Assembly: GCA_964531695.1 (NCBI GenBank)
Contig: CAZHEH010000004.1
Location: 68,232 to 132,231 of the forward strand
Length of the DNA stretch: 64,000 nucleotides
DNA from: an uncultured Planctomycetaceae bacterium
Lineage (GTDB): Bacteria; Planctomycetota; Phycisphaerae; SM23-33
Direction: 5' to 3'
The stretch's first letter is position 1. Every line of letters starts with the position of its first letter. Under the pieces are notes generated by a model. The model was not told where the DNA came from, ran no database searches, and saw nothing but the letters and a program-made list of their open reading frames with translations. This document shows positions 7,147-15,272 of this stretch, one piece after another. The position numbers and the translations under genes were made by a program.

Positions 7147-8939
7147 GCGCCGCCCCGGCCGGACTCGACGAAACGCTCGACCGCGCCCGCGCGCACCTGT
7201 TGGCCGCCCGCAACGCGGACGGCCATTGGCGCGGACGGCTGAGCAGCAGCGCCCTGGCCACAGCCACGGCCGTGGGGGCCTGGGCCCTCGCGGATCGATC
7301 CGAACGGCAGGACCGCATCGCCCGCGCCCTCGACTGGCTGGCAGCCGACCAGAACGCCGACGGCGGCTGGGGCGACACGCCCGACAGCGGCAGCAACATC
7401 GCTACCACGTTGCTGGCCTGGTCCGCCCATGCGCTGGCCGGGCAGGATGGCGGCGACTGGGAACCGACGCTGGCAGCCGCCCGGAGCTGGCTGGCCCGGC
7501 AGGCGGGCTCGCTGGAGCCGGACCGGCTCGTGGCCGCCGTACACGAACGCTACGGCAACGACCGCACCTTCTCCGCTCCGATCCTTACGATGGGCGCGCT
7601 GGCCGGGCGGCTCGGCGGCGGGCGCGACGCCTGGCATACCGTCGCGCCGTTGCCCTTCGAGTTGGGAGCCCTGCCGCACCGCGCTCTGCGGTGGCTGCGG
7701 CTGCCGGTGGTGAGCTACGCCCTGCCGGCGATGATCGCCATCGGCCTCGCGCGGCAACACCATCGCCCGTCGGCCAACCCGTTGCGGCGGCTCAGCGCGC
7801 GGATGGCGCGCCGGGCGACGCTCCAGCGCCTGACGGCGATCCAGCCGGAAAGCGGCGGCTACCTCGAGGCCCCGCCGCTGACGGCATTCGTGGCGATGGC
7901 ACTGGCCTCCACCGGACGCACGGACCACCCGGCCGTGCGGCGGGGGTTGGCCTTCCTCGACGCGCTCCAGCGCGACGACGGCTCCCTGCCGATCGACACG
8001 GACCTGGCCACATGGCTGACGACGCAGGCCATCGAGGCGCTCGCCGGCGTCGGGCCCGCCCTTGCCGACACGGACGCGGTGCGAGTCCGCGCCTGGCTGC
8101 TCGCCCAACAGCACCGGCGGCCGCACGTCTACACCGGCGCGGCGCCCGGCGGCTGGGCTTGGACGGACCGAGCCGGCGGCGTGCCGGATGCCGACGACAC
8201 GGCCGGTGCGCTGGTCGCGCTGCGTGCGCTGCCCGGCGACCGGCCGCGAGAGGCCGCGTCACACGGCATCCGGTGGCTGATGGACCTGCAGAACCGCGAC
8301 GGCGGGATCCCAACCTTCTGCCGCGGCTGGGGCCGCCTGCCGTTCGACCGGAGCTGTGCGGACCTCACGGCCCACGCCCTCCGCGCCTGGCGGGCCTGGC
8401 GAGCCGAGTTGCCGGAGCTGCACGGCCGGATCGAACATGCATCCCGGCGGGCGCTGGCGTACCTGCAAGGCGCCCAGCGGGCCGACGGCGCGTGGCTGCC
8501 ATTGTGGTTCGGCAACGAGGCCTCACTCGATCAAGCAAACCCCACCTACGGCACGGCCCGCGTGCTGGCCGCCTTGGCCGAGTATGGCAACGCCCCCGGC
8601 GTCCCCGAGATGGTCGCCGGCGGCGCCGCCTGGCTCTGCTCCACCCAAGGCCCGGACGGCGGCTGGGGCGGGGACGCCGACTGTCCGCCGAGCGTCGAGG
8701 AGACGGCCCTGGCCGTCGACGCGATGACACGAACGGCTCGGGCCGACGCCGAAGACGGCGCGCACCGCCGGGCCGCCCAGCGCGGCGCCGCCTGGCTCAT
8801 CGAGCGGACGGACGCCGGGCGAAGCTTCCCGGCCGCACCAATCGGGCTCTACTTCGCCGAGTTGTGGTACGCCGAGCGGCTGTACCCCGTCATATTCACC
8901 GTCTCGGCCTTATCCCGCCTTCGTGTGAGGCGGCCTTGA
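7143..8939 (+). CDS. Squalene-hopene cyclase-like class II terpene cyclase
   Basis: Intact DXDD motif (PDADDT); QW repeats QNADGGW, QRDDGS, QNRDGG, QRADGAW and QGPDGGW; IGLYFA near the C-terminus. Confidence 0.88.
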   Translation: MSAAPAGLDETLDRARAHLLAARNADGHWRGRLSSSALATATAVGAWALADRSERQDRIARALDWLAADQNADGGWGDTPDSGSNIATTLLAWSAHALAGQDGGDWEPTLAAARSWLARQAGSLEPDRLVAAVHERYGNDRTFSAPILTMGALAGRLGGGRDAWHTVAPLPFELGALPHRALRWLRLPVVSYALPAMIAIGLARQHHRPSANPLRRLSARMARRATLQRLTAIQPESGGYLEAPPLTAFVAMALASTGRTDHPAVRRGLAFLDALQRDDGSLPIDTDLATWLTTQAIEALAGVGPALADTDAVRVRAWLLAQQHRRPHVYTGAAPGGWAWTDRAGGVPDADDTAGALVALRALPGDRPREAASHGIRWLMDLQNRDGGIPTFCRGWGRLPFDRSCADLTAHALRAWRAWRAELPELHGRIEHASRRALAYLQGAQRADGAWLPLWFGNEASLDQANPTYGTARVLAALAEYGNAPGVPEMVAGGAAWLCSTQGPDGGWGGDADCPPSVEETALAVDAMTRTARADAEDGAHRRAAQRGAAWLIERTDAGRSFPAAPIGLYFAELWYAERLYPVIFTVSALSRLRVRRP

Positions 8940-9182
8940 CTCGACCGGGGCGAACCGCGAAGCGCGAGCGGCTCGGGGCGAGGAACGGCGCTCTTACCGT
9001 CCGCCCGGCATGCCGTTTCCCAGGACGGCCGGACACGACGGCCACCGCCCGGCTCACAACGGATTCGGAAACACTGGAAGCCGGGAGGGCGGCTTGACGA
9101 TAGAGACACGCCGGAAACACCGAACCGTTGAGCCGCACGGCCGTACCGTACGTCACGGGCCGGGTCGCAAGCAGCCGTTCGA

Positions 9183-9211
9183 TTGACAAGGCCCCTTCTG
9201 AAACCTATATT
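9183..9211 (+). promoter_or_regulatory. sigma70 promoter upstream of dksA
   Basis: TTGACA-N17-TATATT. Confidence 0.8.
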
Positions 9212-9296
9212 TCACTGTTTCGCACCCGTCGCGGGTCCGCGGAGGCAAGACGCGTCCCCGAGCGGCTTAAGTCAATAGAAAACAAAGGGACAAGAC

Positions 9297-9968
9297 GTGG
9301 CGAAGGCGAAGTCAACCTCAGGGAGCTCCGGCAAGTCCGGCCGCTCCGCCCCCAAGAAGGCCTCCTCGGCCAAAAAGGCCGCGAAGAAGTCCACTGCGAA
9401 GAAGTCCACCGCGAAGAAGTCCACCCGTAAGAGCTCCGCCGCGAAGAAGACCACCGTTCAGAAGAGCTCAAAGGCCAAAACGACCGGTAAAAAGTCCAAT
9501 AAGGCCGGATCCAGCAAGGCAAAATCCACGAAGAAGCGCGTCACCAAGCCCCGGGCCGCCGAGGCCTCACCGCTGACCAAGACGCAACTCCGGGAGCTTC
9601 GCGACCTGCTGCTGGGGAAGCGGCGTTCGCTGGTCGGCGACATGACGGGAATCCAAGACTCGAACGGCGGCTGGCAGGACGGCAACGCGGGCAGCATGCC
9701 GACGCACCCGGCCGACATCGGCACGGACAACTACGAGCACGAGTTCACGCTCGGACTGCTCGAAAGCGAGCGGGCCTTGCTTGCGGAGATCGACGAGGCC
9801 CTGGAGCGCATGGAAAACGGCACCTACGGCGTCTGCCAGGGCACCGGCCAGCCGATCGGCTACCCTCGCCTTCGCGCCCGTCCTTGGGCGAAGTACTGCA
9901 TCGACTACGCCCGGAAGATCGAGAAAGGGCTGGTTCGCCCCGGCGAGCCCGGGCCGGAAGCCGGCTAA
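9297..9968 (+). CDS. dksA: DksA/TraR-family regulator with a Lys/Ala/Ser-rich N-terminal tail
   Basis: HPADIGTD coiled-coil tip, IDEALERMENGTYGVC and RLRARPWAKYC. Confidence 0.85.
   Translation: MAKAKSTSGSSGKSGRSAPKKASSAKKAAKKSTAKKSTAKKSTRKSSAAKKTTVQKSSKAKTTGKKSNKAGSSKAKSTKKRVTKPRAAEASPLTKTQLRELRDLLLGKRRSLVGDMTGIQDSNGGWQDGNAGSMPTHPADIGTDNYEHEFTLGLLESERALLAEIDEALERMENGTYGVCQGTGQPIGYPRLRARPWAKYCIDYARKIEKGLVRPGEPGPEAG
9381..9425 (+). repeat. Three tandem 15-bp repeats (GCGAAGAAGTCCACY) encoding AKKST
   Basis: Read directly from the sequence. Confidence 0.9.
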
Positions 9969-9988
9969 GCACGGAGGCGCGCCCACTG

Positions 9989-10660
9989 GTGGGCTCAGAA
10001 CCGCAGTCACCCGAAGACGGCACATGCGCCGCGCGGCACGCCGACGCTCCGGCCTGGAGACGGCTGGTACCGTGGCTCGTCTTCCTGTTCCTCACCGTAG
10101 TCGGCACGTCCGCCGACCTGTGGACCAAGCATGCCGCCTTCTCCTCGCTCCTCGGCCGCCCGGAATCGGTTCGGCGAATCCGCTTCGCGCGATCCTCACT
10201 CGGGCCGGACGCCTCCGCCGCCCAGGTCCTGCGGCACGCCGGCATACGGGAGCCCGTCGGCGCCGGGGTCGAGTGGACGCTCCAGACGAATCCTGGCGTG
10301 GTGTTCGGCCTGCGGCTGCCCCGCTGGCTGGTCGGCGTGGCGACGGGCGCGGCCATCCTTCTGGTCGGATGGTTCTTCGTCTGCTCGTCCGCGACGGCGC
10401 GGGTTCTGCACGCCGCGCTGGGCTGCGTGCTGGCCGGGGCGCTGGGCAACCTCTACGATCGCCTGATCGCGACGGTTGATCTGCCCGCCGGCGGCGGGAC
10501 CATCCGACGCCAGGTGCGTGACTTCATCAACTGCGACGCCCTCGGCTGGCCGTGGGTGTACAACATCGCCGACGCCCTGCTGGTAATCGGCCTGGGGCTG
10601 CTGCTGATCCACTTCTACCTCGAGGGCCGGCGCGAGCGGAAGGCGAAGCAGGCGGTATAA
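9989..10660 (+). CDS. lspA: Lipoprotein signal peptidase II
   Basis: ADLWTK, NPGVVFG, GALGNLYDRL, VRDFI and YNIAD; the start (GTG at 9989, after GGAGG) is uncertain. Confidence 0.88.
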   Translation: MGSEPQSPEDGTCAARHADAPAWRRLVPWLVFLFLTVVGTSADLWTKHAAFSSLLGRPESVRRIRFARSSLGPDASAAQVLRHAGIREPVGAGVEWTLQTNPGVVFGLRLPRWLVGVATGAAILLVGWFFVCSSATARVLHAALGCVLAGALGNLYDRLIATVDLPAGGGTIRRQVRDFINCDALGWPWVYNIADALLVIGLGLLLIHFYLEGRRERKAKQAV

Positions 10661-10661
10661 T
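10656..10661 (+). promoter_or_regulatory. -10 box of a probable leaderless transcript
   Basis: TATAAT ends 6 nt before the ATG at 10668. Confidence 0.55.
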
Positions 10662-10667
10662 CCCGCC

Positions 10668-11786
10668 ATGTCGTCCCGCGAGAATCTCGCCCGACTCGCC
10701 GCCCGATTCCAGGCCGAATGGCGGCTCATCCTGGCCGCCGGTGAGGTCCTCTGGCTCGTTGCGGCCGCGGCCGTCGAAATGCTCCTCCTGCGGCGGGTCA
10801 CGAGCCCTTCCGGCGGGCCTCTGCAGTACGCCGCGCTGTCGGCCGCCGTTCTGGCCGGCGGGTACCTGGCGGCACGCATCACGATGTCCGCGTTCTACCG
10901 GCGGTCCGCGATGCGCCTGCCGACGGCCGAACGGGCCAAACTGCCCCGCGCTGGCGACCTGATGGATGACTTCGACGACCGCCGGGTGACCCGCGCCGCC
11001 ATGATCCTCGCGGCCGTGCTGCTGTGCCACGCCTTCTTCTCCGGGCCCGCATGGATGGCAACCGCCGTGATGCTCGTCGGCGTGCTGACCGCGCTGGAGT
11101 ACAGCGTAGACCGAGACGGCCGCGAACTGCCCGCCCGGCCCGTCGCGGAGGAGGAACTCGCCACCGATCCCAAGCTTGCCGCGGTGGCGCGGCTCGCCCG
11201 CGAACAGGGCCGCGAAGACGTGGAACTCATGCTGCACGACGAGCCCATGCCGGGCACCCCTGCCGTGATTCTACCCGGCGGCGGGCCGCCGCGGATCTGG
11301 CTGAGCGCGGCCGCCGTCGACGATCTGTCGCCGGACGAGCTTCGTGCCGCCGCCGCACATGAACTGGCCCACTTGGAGGGCGGGCACCCGCGGCGGCGTC
11401 TGCTGGCAACGGCCGGCTCGCGTCTGGTGTCCGTGGCGGCGCTGTGCGGGCTGCTGTGGCTCACGCGCCCTCCGGGCCGCGCCGCGGCCACGGCCGCGCT
11501 TCTGCCGACCGCCGCCCTGGCGTGGTACCTGCTTCGAGCAGCAGGGACGACCGCCGAGAAGGCGCATCGCCGCGCCCAGGAGCGGCAGGCCCACCGGCGG
11601 GCCGTCGAGATGACCGGCGACGCAGCCGGCTACCTGGGCCTGATGGCCAAGCTCTCGCCCGGCCCCGTAACGCCCCCCGACCTCGCGGCCCGGCTGCTCT
11701 CGGACGCCCCGGACCGCGCGCAGGTCGAGCGGTCCGTCCGGACCGCCCCATCCGCGGCGAACTCCCGGACCAAGAGGCGAAGTTGA
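10668..11786 (+). CDS. Membrane M48-like zinc metalloprotease-family protein
   Basis: Several hydrophobic segments and LSPDELRAAAAHELAH (HExxH). Confidence 0.65.
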   Translation: MSSRENLARLAARFQAEWRLILAAGEVLWLVAAAAVEMLLLRRVTSPSGGPLQYAALSAAVLAGGYLAARITMSAFYRRSAMRLPTAERAKLPRAGDLMDDFDDRRVTRAAMILAAVLLCHAFFSGPAWMATAVMLVGVLTALEYSVDRDGRELPARPVAEEELATDPKLAAVARLAREQGREDVELMLHDEPMPGTPAVILPGGGPPRIWLSAAAVDDLSPDELRAAAAHELAHLEGGHPRRRLLATAGSRLVSVAALCGLLWLTRPPGRAAATAALLPTAALAWYLLRAAGTTAEKAHRRAQERQAHRRAVEMTGDAAGYLGLMAKLSPGPVTPPDLAARLLSDAPDRAQVERSVRTAPSAANSRTKRRS

Positions 11787-11819
11787 TACCGCCCGCCCGC
11801 GCTGGGTATGCTCGTTCCC

Positions 11820-12839
11820 GTGAGCATCCGCGTCCTGGAACACACGCCGGAGGAGCTGCGCTCGGCCGTCGAAGCCGCCGGGCAGCCCGGCTACCGCGCC
11901 AAGCAACTTGCCGACTGGGTCTATGACAAGGCCGTGACGGACCCGTCGGCGATGAGCAACGTGCCGGCAGCGCTGGCCCATGAGGCGCGGGTACTGACCT
12001 CCCGCATCGCGGCTCGCGCCGATTCCCGCGACGGCACGGTCAAGTTATTGCTGGAGCTGCACGACGGCGAGCGGATCGAGTGCGTGCTGATCCCCACGCG
12101 GGACCGTGCGACCGCATGCATCTCGACTCAGGTCGGCTGCGCCTTCCGCTGCACCTTCTGCGCCACGGGCCAAGGTGGATTCCTGCGCGACCTGACCGGC
12201 GGCGAAATCCTCGAGCAGCTCCTGCACCTCCGCCAGGCGGCCGGCCGGCAGATCACGAACGTCGTGTTCATGGGCATGGGGGAGCCGCTGGCCAACTACG
12301 ACGCGACGGTGCGGGCCCTGCGGGCGATCGTCGACCCGGAGCGATTCGGCATCTCCGCGCGGTCCGTCACCGTTTCCACGGTCGGGCTGCCGGACGGGAT
12401 TCGCCGCTTGGCGACCGAGGACGTTCCCGTGACGCTGGCGCTGTCACTCCATGCGCCGAACGACGCACTGCGGCGAAAGCTGATGCCCCACGCGGCGGAG
12501 GAGCCCCTGGCCGAGATCGTATCCGCAGCGCGGGACTTCTACGCCAGCCGGAAGCGCGAGGTCACGCTGGAGTATCTGCTGCTGGCCGGCGTAAACGACT
12601 CAGCGGTTTGCGCGGATTCGCTTGCCCGGTTGGCCCACCGGCTGCGTTGCAACGTCAACGTCATCCGGTACAATCCCGTCGCCGGGCTGCCGTACGCCCG
12701 CCCCGACGGGAACGCGGCCCGCGCCTTCGTCCGGCGGCTGCGCCGGGGCGGCGTGAACGCTCACCTGCGCCGCAGCCGGGGCCGGGACGCCGAGGCCGCC
12801 TGCGGACAGCTCCGGCAGCGCGCATCCCGCACGCCGTAG
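11820..12839 (+). CDS. rlmN: Dual-specificity RNA methyltransferase RlmN
   Basis: CISTQVGCAFRCTFC, VFMGMGEP and AACGQL; GTG at 11820 lies 7 nt after TATGCT (the track starts the ORF at 11808). Confidence 0.93.
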   Translation: MSIRVLEHTPEELRSAVEAAGQPGYRAKQLADWVYDKAVTDPSAMSNVPAALAHEARVLTSRIAARADSRDGTVKLLLELHDGERIECVLIPTRDRATACISTQVGCAFRCTFCATGQGGFLRDLTGGEILEQLLHLRQAAGRQITNVVFMGMGEPLANYDATVRALRAIVDPERFGISARSVTVSTVGLPDGIRRLATEDVPVTLALSLHAPNDALRRKLMPHAAEEPLAEIVSAARDFYASRKREVTLEYLLLAGVNDSAVCADSLARLAHRLRCNVNVIRYNPVAGLPYARPDGNAARAFVRRLRRGGVNAHLRRSRGRDAEAACGQLRQRASRTP

Positions 12840-12934
12840 CCACGAGACCAGCCATCGCCAGGACCACCAGCCAATCCAAGCGGGGCAAGCGAACGAAGCG
12901 GTCGCCGGAGGAATGGGCCCAGCGCGACTACGAC

Positions 12935-13498
12935 GTGCGGCTCATGCTCCGCGTCCGCGAGGGCGACGACGACGCGTTCGACGAGCTGGTCGAGCGCAAC
13001 ACCCGGAAGGTCCACGCCCTGATCTACCACTTCCTGGGGAATTCGGACTTGGCGGACGACCTGTGCCAGGAGGTGTTCCTGCGGATCTACCGCACGGCCG
13101 AGCGATATGTGCCGGCCGCCAAGTTCAGCACCTGGCTGTATCGCATCGTGGCCAACCTTGTGTTCAATGTGATGCGCTCGCGCAAGCGGCGGCAGATGTG
13201 GCAGTTCGGGCAGATCGGCGACGAGGACGACGACGGGCCCGCCCGCAGCTTGCCCGATGAGCGAGCGGAGAACCCCTACGATACGATCGACGGCGAGGAG
13301 CTGCGGCAGCACGTCGCCACGGCCGTGGCCAAACTGCCCGAGAACCAACGGGTCGCTCTGGTGTTGCATCAATATGAGCACAAGAGTTATGACGAGATCG
13401 CCGAAGTCCTTGACTGCTCGCTCATGGCCGTCAAGAGCTTGCTGAGCCGGGCTCGGCAGGGGCTGCGGGAATCGCTCGACCGATACATGAAGCCATGA
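12935..13498 (+). CDS. ECF sigma factor
   Basis: AFDELV, DLCQEVFL, KFSTWLYRI and EIAEVL..SLMAVKSLLSRAR; start uncertain. Confidence 0.88.
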   Translation: MRLMLRVREGDDDAFDELVERNTRKVHALIYHFLGNSDLADDLCQEVFLRIYRTAERYVPAAKFSTWLYRIVANLVFNVMRSRKRRQMWQFGQIGDEDDDGPARSLPDERAENPYDTIDGEELRQHVATAVAKLPENQRVALVLHQYEHKSYDEIAEVLDCSLMAVKSLLSRARQGLRESLDRYMKP

Positions 13499-13693
13499 GG
13501 GCGAGCGGCCGAAAAAACGTCAAATGGCGCGACACCCCCACGGGCGCCGGGGTTACAGGGATGGAAGCGCATAGATCACGTTCTCTCGACAAGCCATGTC
13601 TTGCGGGAGAGGCCGAGGGCTCCTACGCCGGGATCGGCTCTGCCCGACCGGACACAGCGCGACTGCCGAGGGAAAGCGCATACGAAACCACTT

Positions 13694-14281
13694 ATGAAAT
13701 CTGCACTTAGCCAGCATGATTGGGACGACCTGTCCGCTTGGCTCGACGGCGAGTTGCCGCCCGAGCAGGCGGCGCGGGTCGCCCGCGCTGTGGCGGCGGA
13801 CCCCGCGTGGTCCACCGCCGCGGACGAGTTGCGGGCCTTGGACTCCCTGCTGGTCGCGCACGCGGCGCCGGAACCGGCGGCGGACCTGCCGGCTCGCATC
13901 CGGGCCGCGGCCCGCAATGAGACGCGGGCGAAGCGTCCGGCTCCGGTGCTGCGGCTCGTCCGGTGGCTGGCCCCCGCGGCGGCAGCGGCGGCCGTCCTCA
14001 TCGCGGCCGTGGCGATTCTGTCGCCCGACGGCGGCAAGGACCCTCGCCCCGCCCTGTCGTCATCCGGCGGGCGGGATGCGGGCAACGGCGGCCGGGCCGA
14101 CGCGGCCAAGGTCGAGACGACCGCGGAGGTCCTGGACTCCGCCACGGAGGCGGAGGCCGAGCAACTGGCCGAGATCGTCGCGATGGAACGCCTGGACATG
14201 TTCCGGGACTACGATATCGTTAAGAACTACGACACCCTCGCCGCCATCGAGCAGTTGGAGCATGACGGCGGCGGAATGTGA
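13694..14281 (+). CDS. Membrane-anchored anti-sigma factor
   Basis: LSAWLDGEL anti-sigma motif and a single TM segment, downstream of the ECF sigma. Confidence 0.7.
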   Translation: MKSALSQHDWDDLSAWLDGELPPEQAARVARAVAADPAWSTAADELRALDSLLVAHAAPEPAADLPARIRAAARNETRAKRPAPVLRLVRWLAPAAAAAAVLIAAVAILSPDGGKDPRPALSSSGGRDAGNGGRADAAKVETTAEVLDSATEAEAEQLAEIVAMERLDMFRDYDIVKNYDTLAAIEQLEHDGGGM

Positions 14282-14976
14282 ATGATGGAACGATGAAGCG
14301 TTGGACTGTGATCATCCTGGCCGTGTGCGTCCTGGCCGGCGTGGCGGCCGCCGACGGCGAAGCCGACTTTCACGCCCGAAGGCGCGGGCACCCCGGCGAC
14401 GTGGCCAGCCAGCTCCGGCTGAAGCTCAAGCTGCTGCGCACGATCGGCAGCGAGCGGGTAATGGTTTCTCTCTCGCACGCCCGCGAGAGCTGGGAGGGCC
14501 TCACGCCCGATCAGCGGGAGCGCTATCGCGACCAGGCCATGGCCTTCCTGCGAGAGAACCCCGAGCGCCAGGCCGAACTGCTGGACCACTACGACAAGCT
14601 CATCGCCATGACGCCCCGCCAGCGGTCGAAGTACCGCTATCGGGCCGCGTGGCTGAAGGCCGTCGTGGACTGGCTCGAGGACAACGACCCGGACCGCGTC
14701 AAGGCGCTGAAGGAGATGGCGCCGGCCGACCGGGCGCGGGAGTTCATCTCGCTGCGGGACCGACTCGCGAAAGAGGGCAAGATCACGCTGCCGGCGAAGC
14801 CATCGACACGGCCGGCCGCTGAGGACGCCCCCACCACGCGCCCGGCCGACGCCGAGCCGACCGACGCGGAAGGGCCGGAACCCCCGGCCGAGGACGTGAC
14901 CGAGGAAGCCGCCGAGGTCGAGGCCATGGACGTCGAGGCACCCGAACCGGGCGACGGCGATTCGGACGGCTCCTGA
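14278..14976 (+). CDS. Exported DUF3106-like helical protein with an acidic tail
   Basis: Signal peptide and WEGLTPDQRERY/MTPRQRSKY/MAPADRAR repeats; third gene of the ECF cassette. Confidence 0.55.
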   Translation: MNDGTMKRWTVIILAVCVLAGVAAADGEADFHARRRGHPGDVASQLRLKLKLLRTIGSERVMVSLSHARESWEGLTPDQRERYRDQAMAFLRENPERQAELLDHYDKLIAMTPRQRSKYRYRAAWLKAVVDWLEDNDPDRVKALKEMAPADRAREFISLRDRLAKEGKITLPAKPSTRPAAEDAPTTRPADAEPTDAEGPEPPAEDVTEEAAEVEAMDVEAPEPGDGDSDGS

Positions 14977-15096
14977 GCCGTTCCGCCCCCGCGTGCACCG
15001 CAAGCGGCCCCGTCGCGGGCCGGGGGACGCAATCCGCCGAGAAGATTTACTGGACATATCCGCCGCCTGCCGATATAGATGACAGGTGAGATCACT

Positions 15097-15156
15097 ATGA
15101 AGATCCGTCGCGACAGCTTGGGCCTGGCTCTTCTGCTCGGTCTTCTGCTGCGCTGA
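15097..15156 (+). CDS. leuL: leu leader peptide MKIRRDSLGLALLLGLLLR
   Basis: 19 aa containing 8 Leu, immediately upstream of a terminator and leuA. Confidence 0.85.
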   Translation: MKIRRDSLGLALLLGLLLR

Positions 15157-15185
15157 CGGATCGCGGACCCAGACCGGACAGCACC

Positions 15186-15222
15186 GGGCCCCGCGATCCA
15201 AACAGGTCGCGGGGCTCTTTTT
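15186..15222 (+). terminator. Attenuator terminator of leuA
   Basis: 13-bp stem 15186-15198/15205-15217 followed by TTTTT; 15158-15166 (GGATCGCGG) can pair with 15191-15199 as an antiterminator. Confidence 0.85.
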
Positions 15223-15272
15223 GATGGGGCCTGAGGCGAAGGCCCACGCCCGCAACACCGGGAGTCGAAGCC

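Noticed and set aside
7143-8939. Calling the cyclase a canonical shc of hopanoid synthesis
   Set aside because: No hpn genes or squalene source nearby and the context is atypical, so no gene symbol was assigned.
9381-9425. Tandem repeat as a CRISPR array or VNTR
   Set aside because: In-frame coding repeats with no spacers; no CRISPR array or cas gene seen in the window.
12080-12934. Long upstream extension of the ECF sigma ORF
   Set aside because: Mostly overlaps rlmN in another frame; sigma motifs begin near 12920.
12913-13260. ATG directly after GGAGGA (115-aa ORF)
   Set aside because: SD-ATG spacing is too short, it is out of frame with the sigma factor, and the translation looks like noise.
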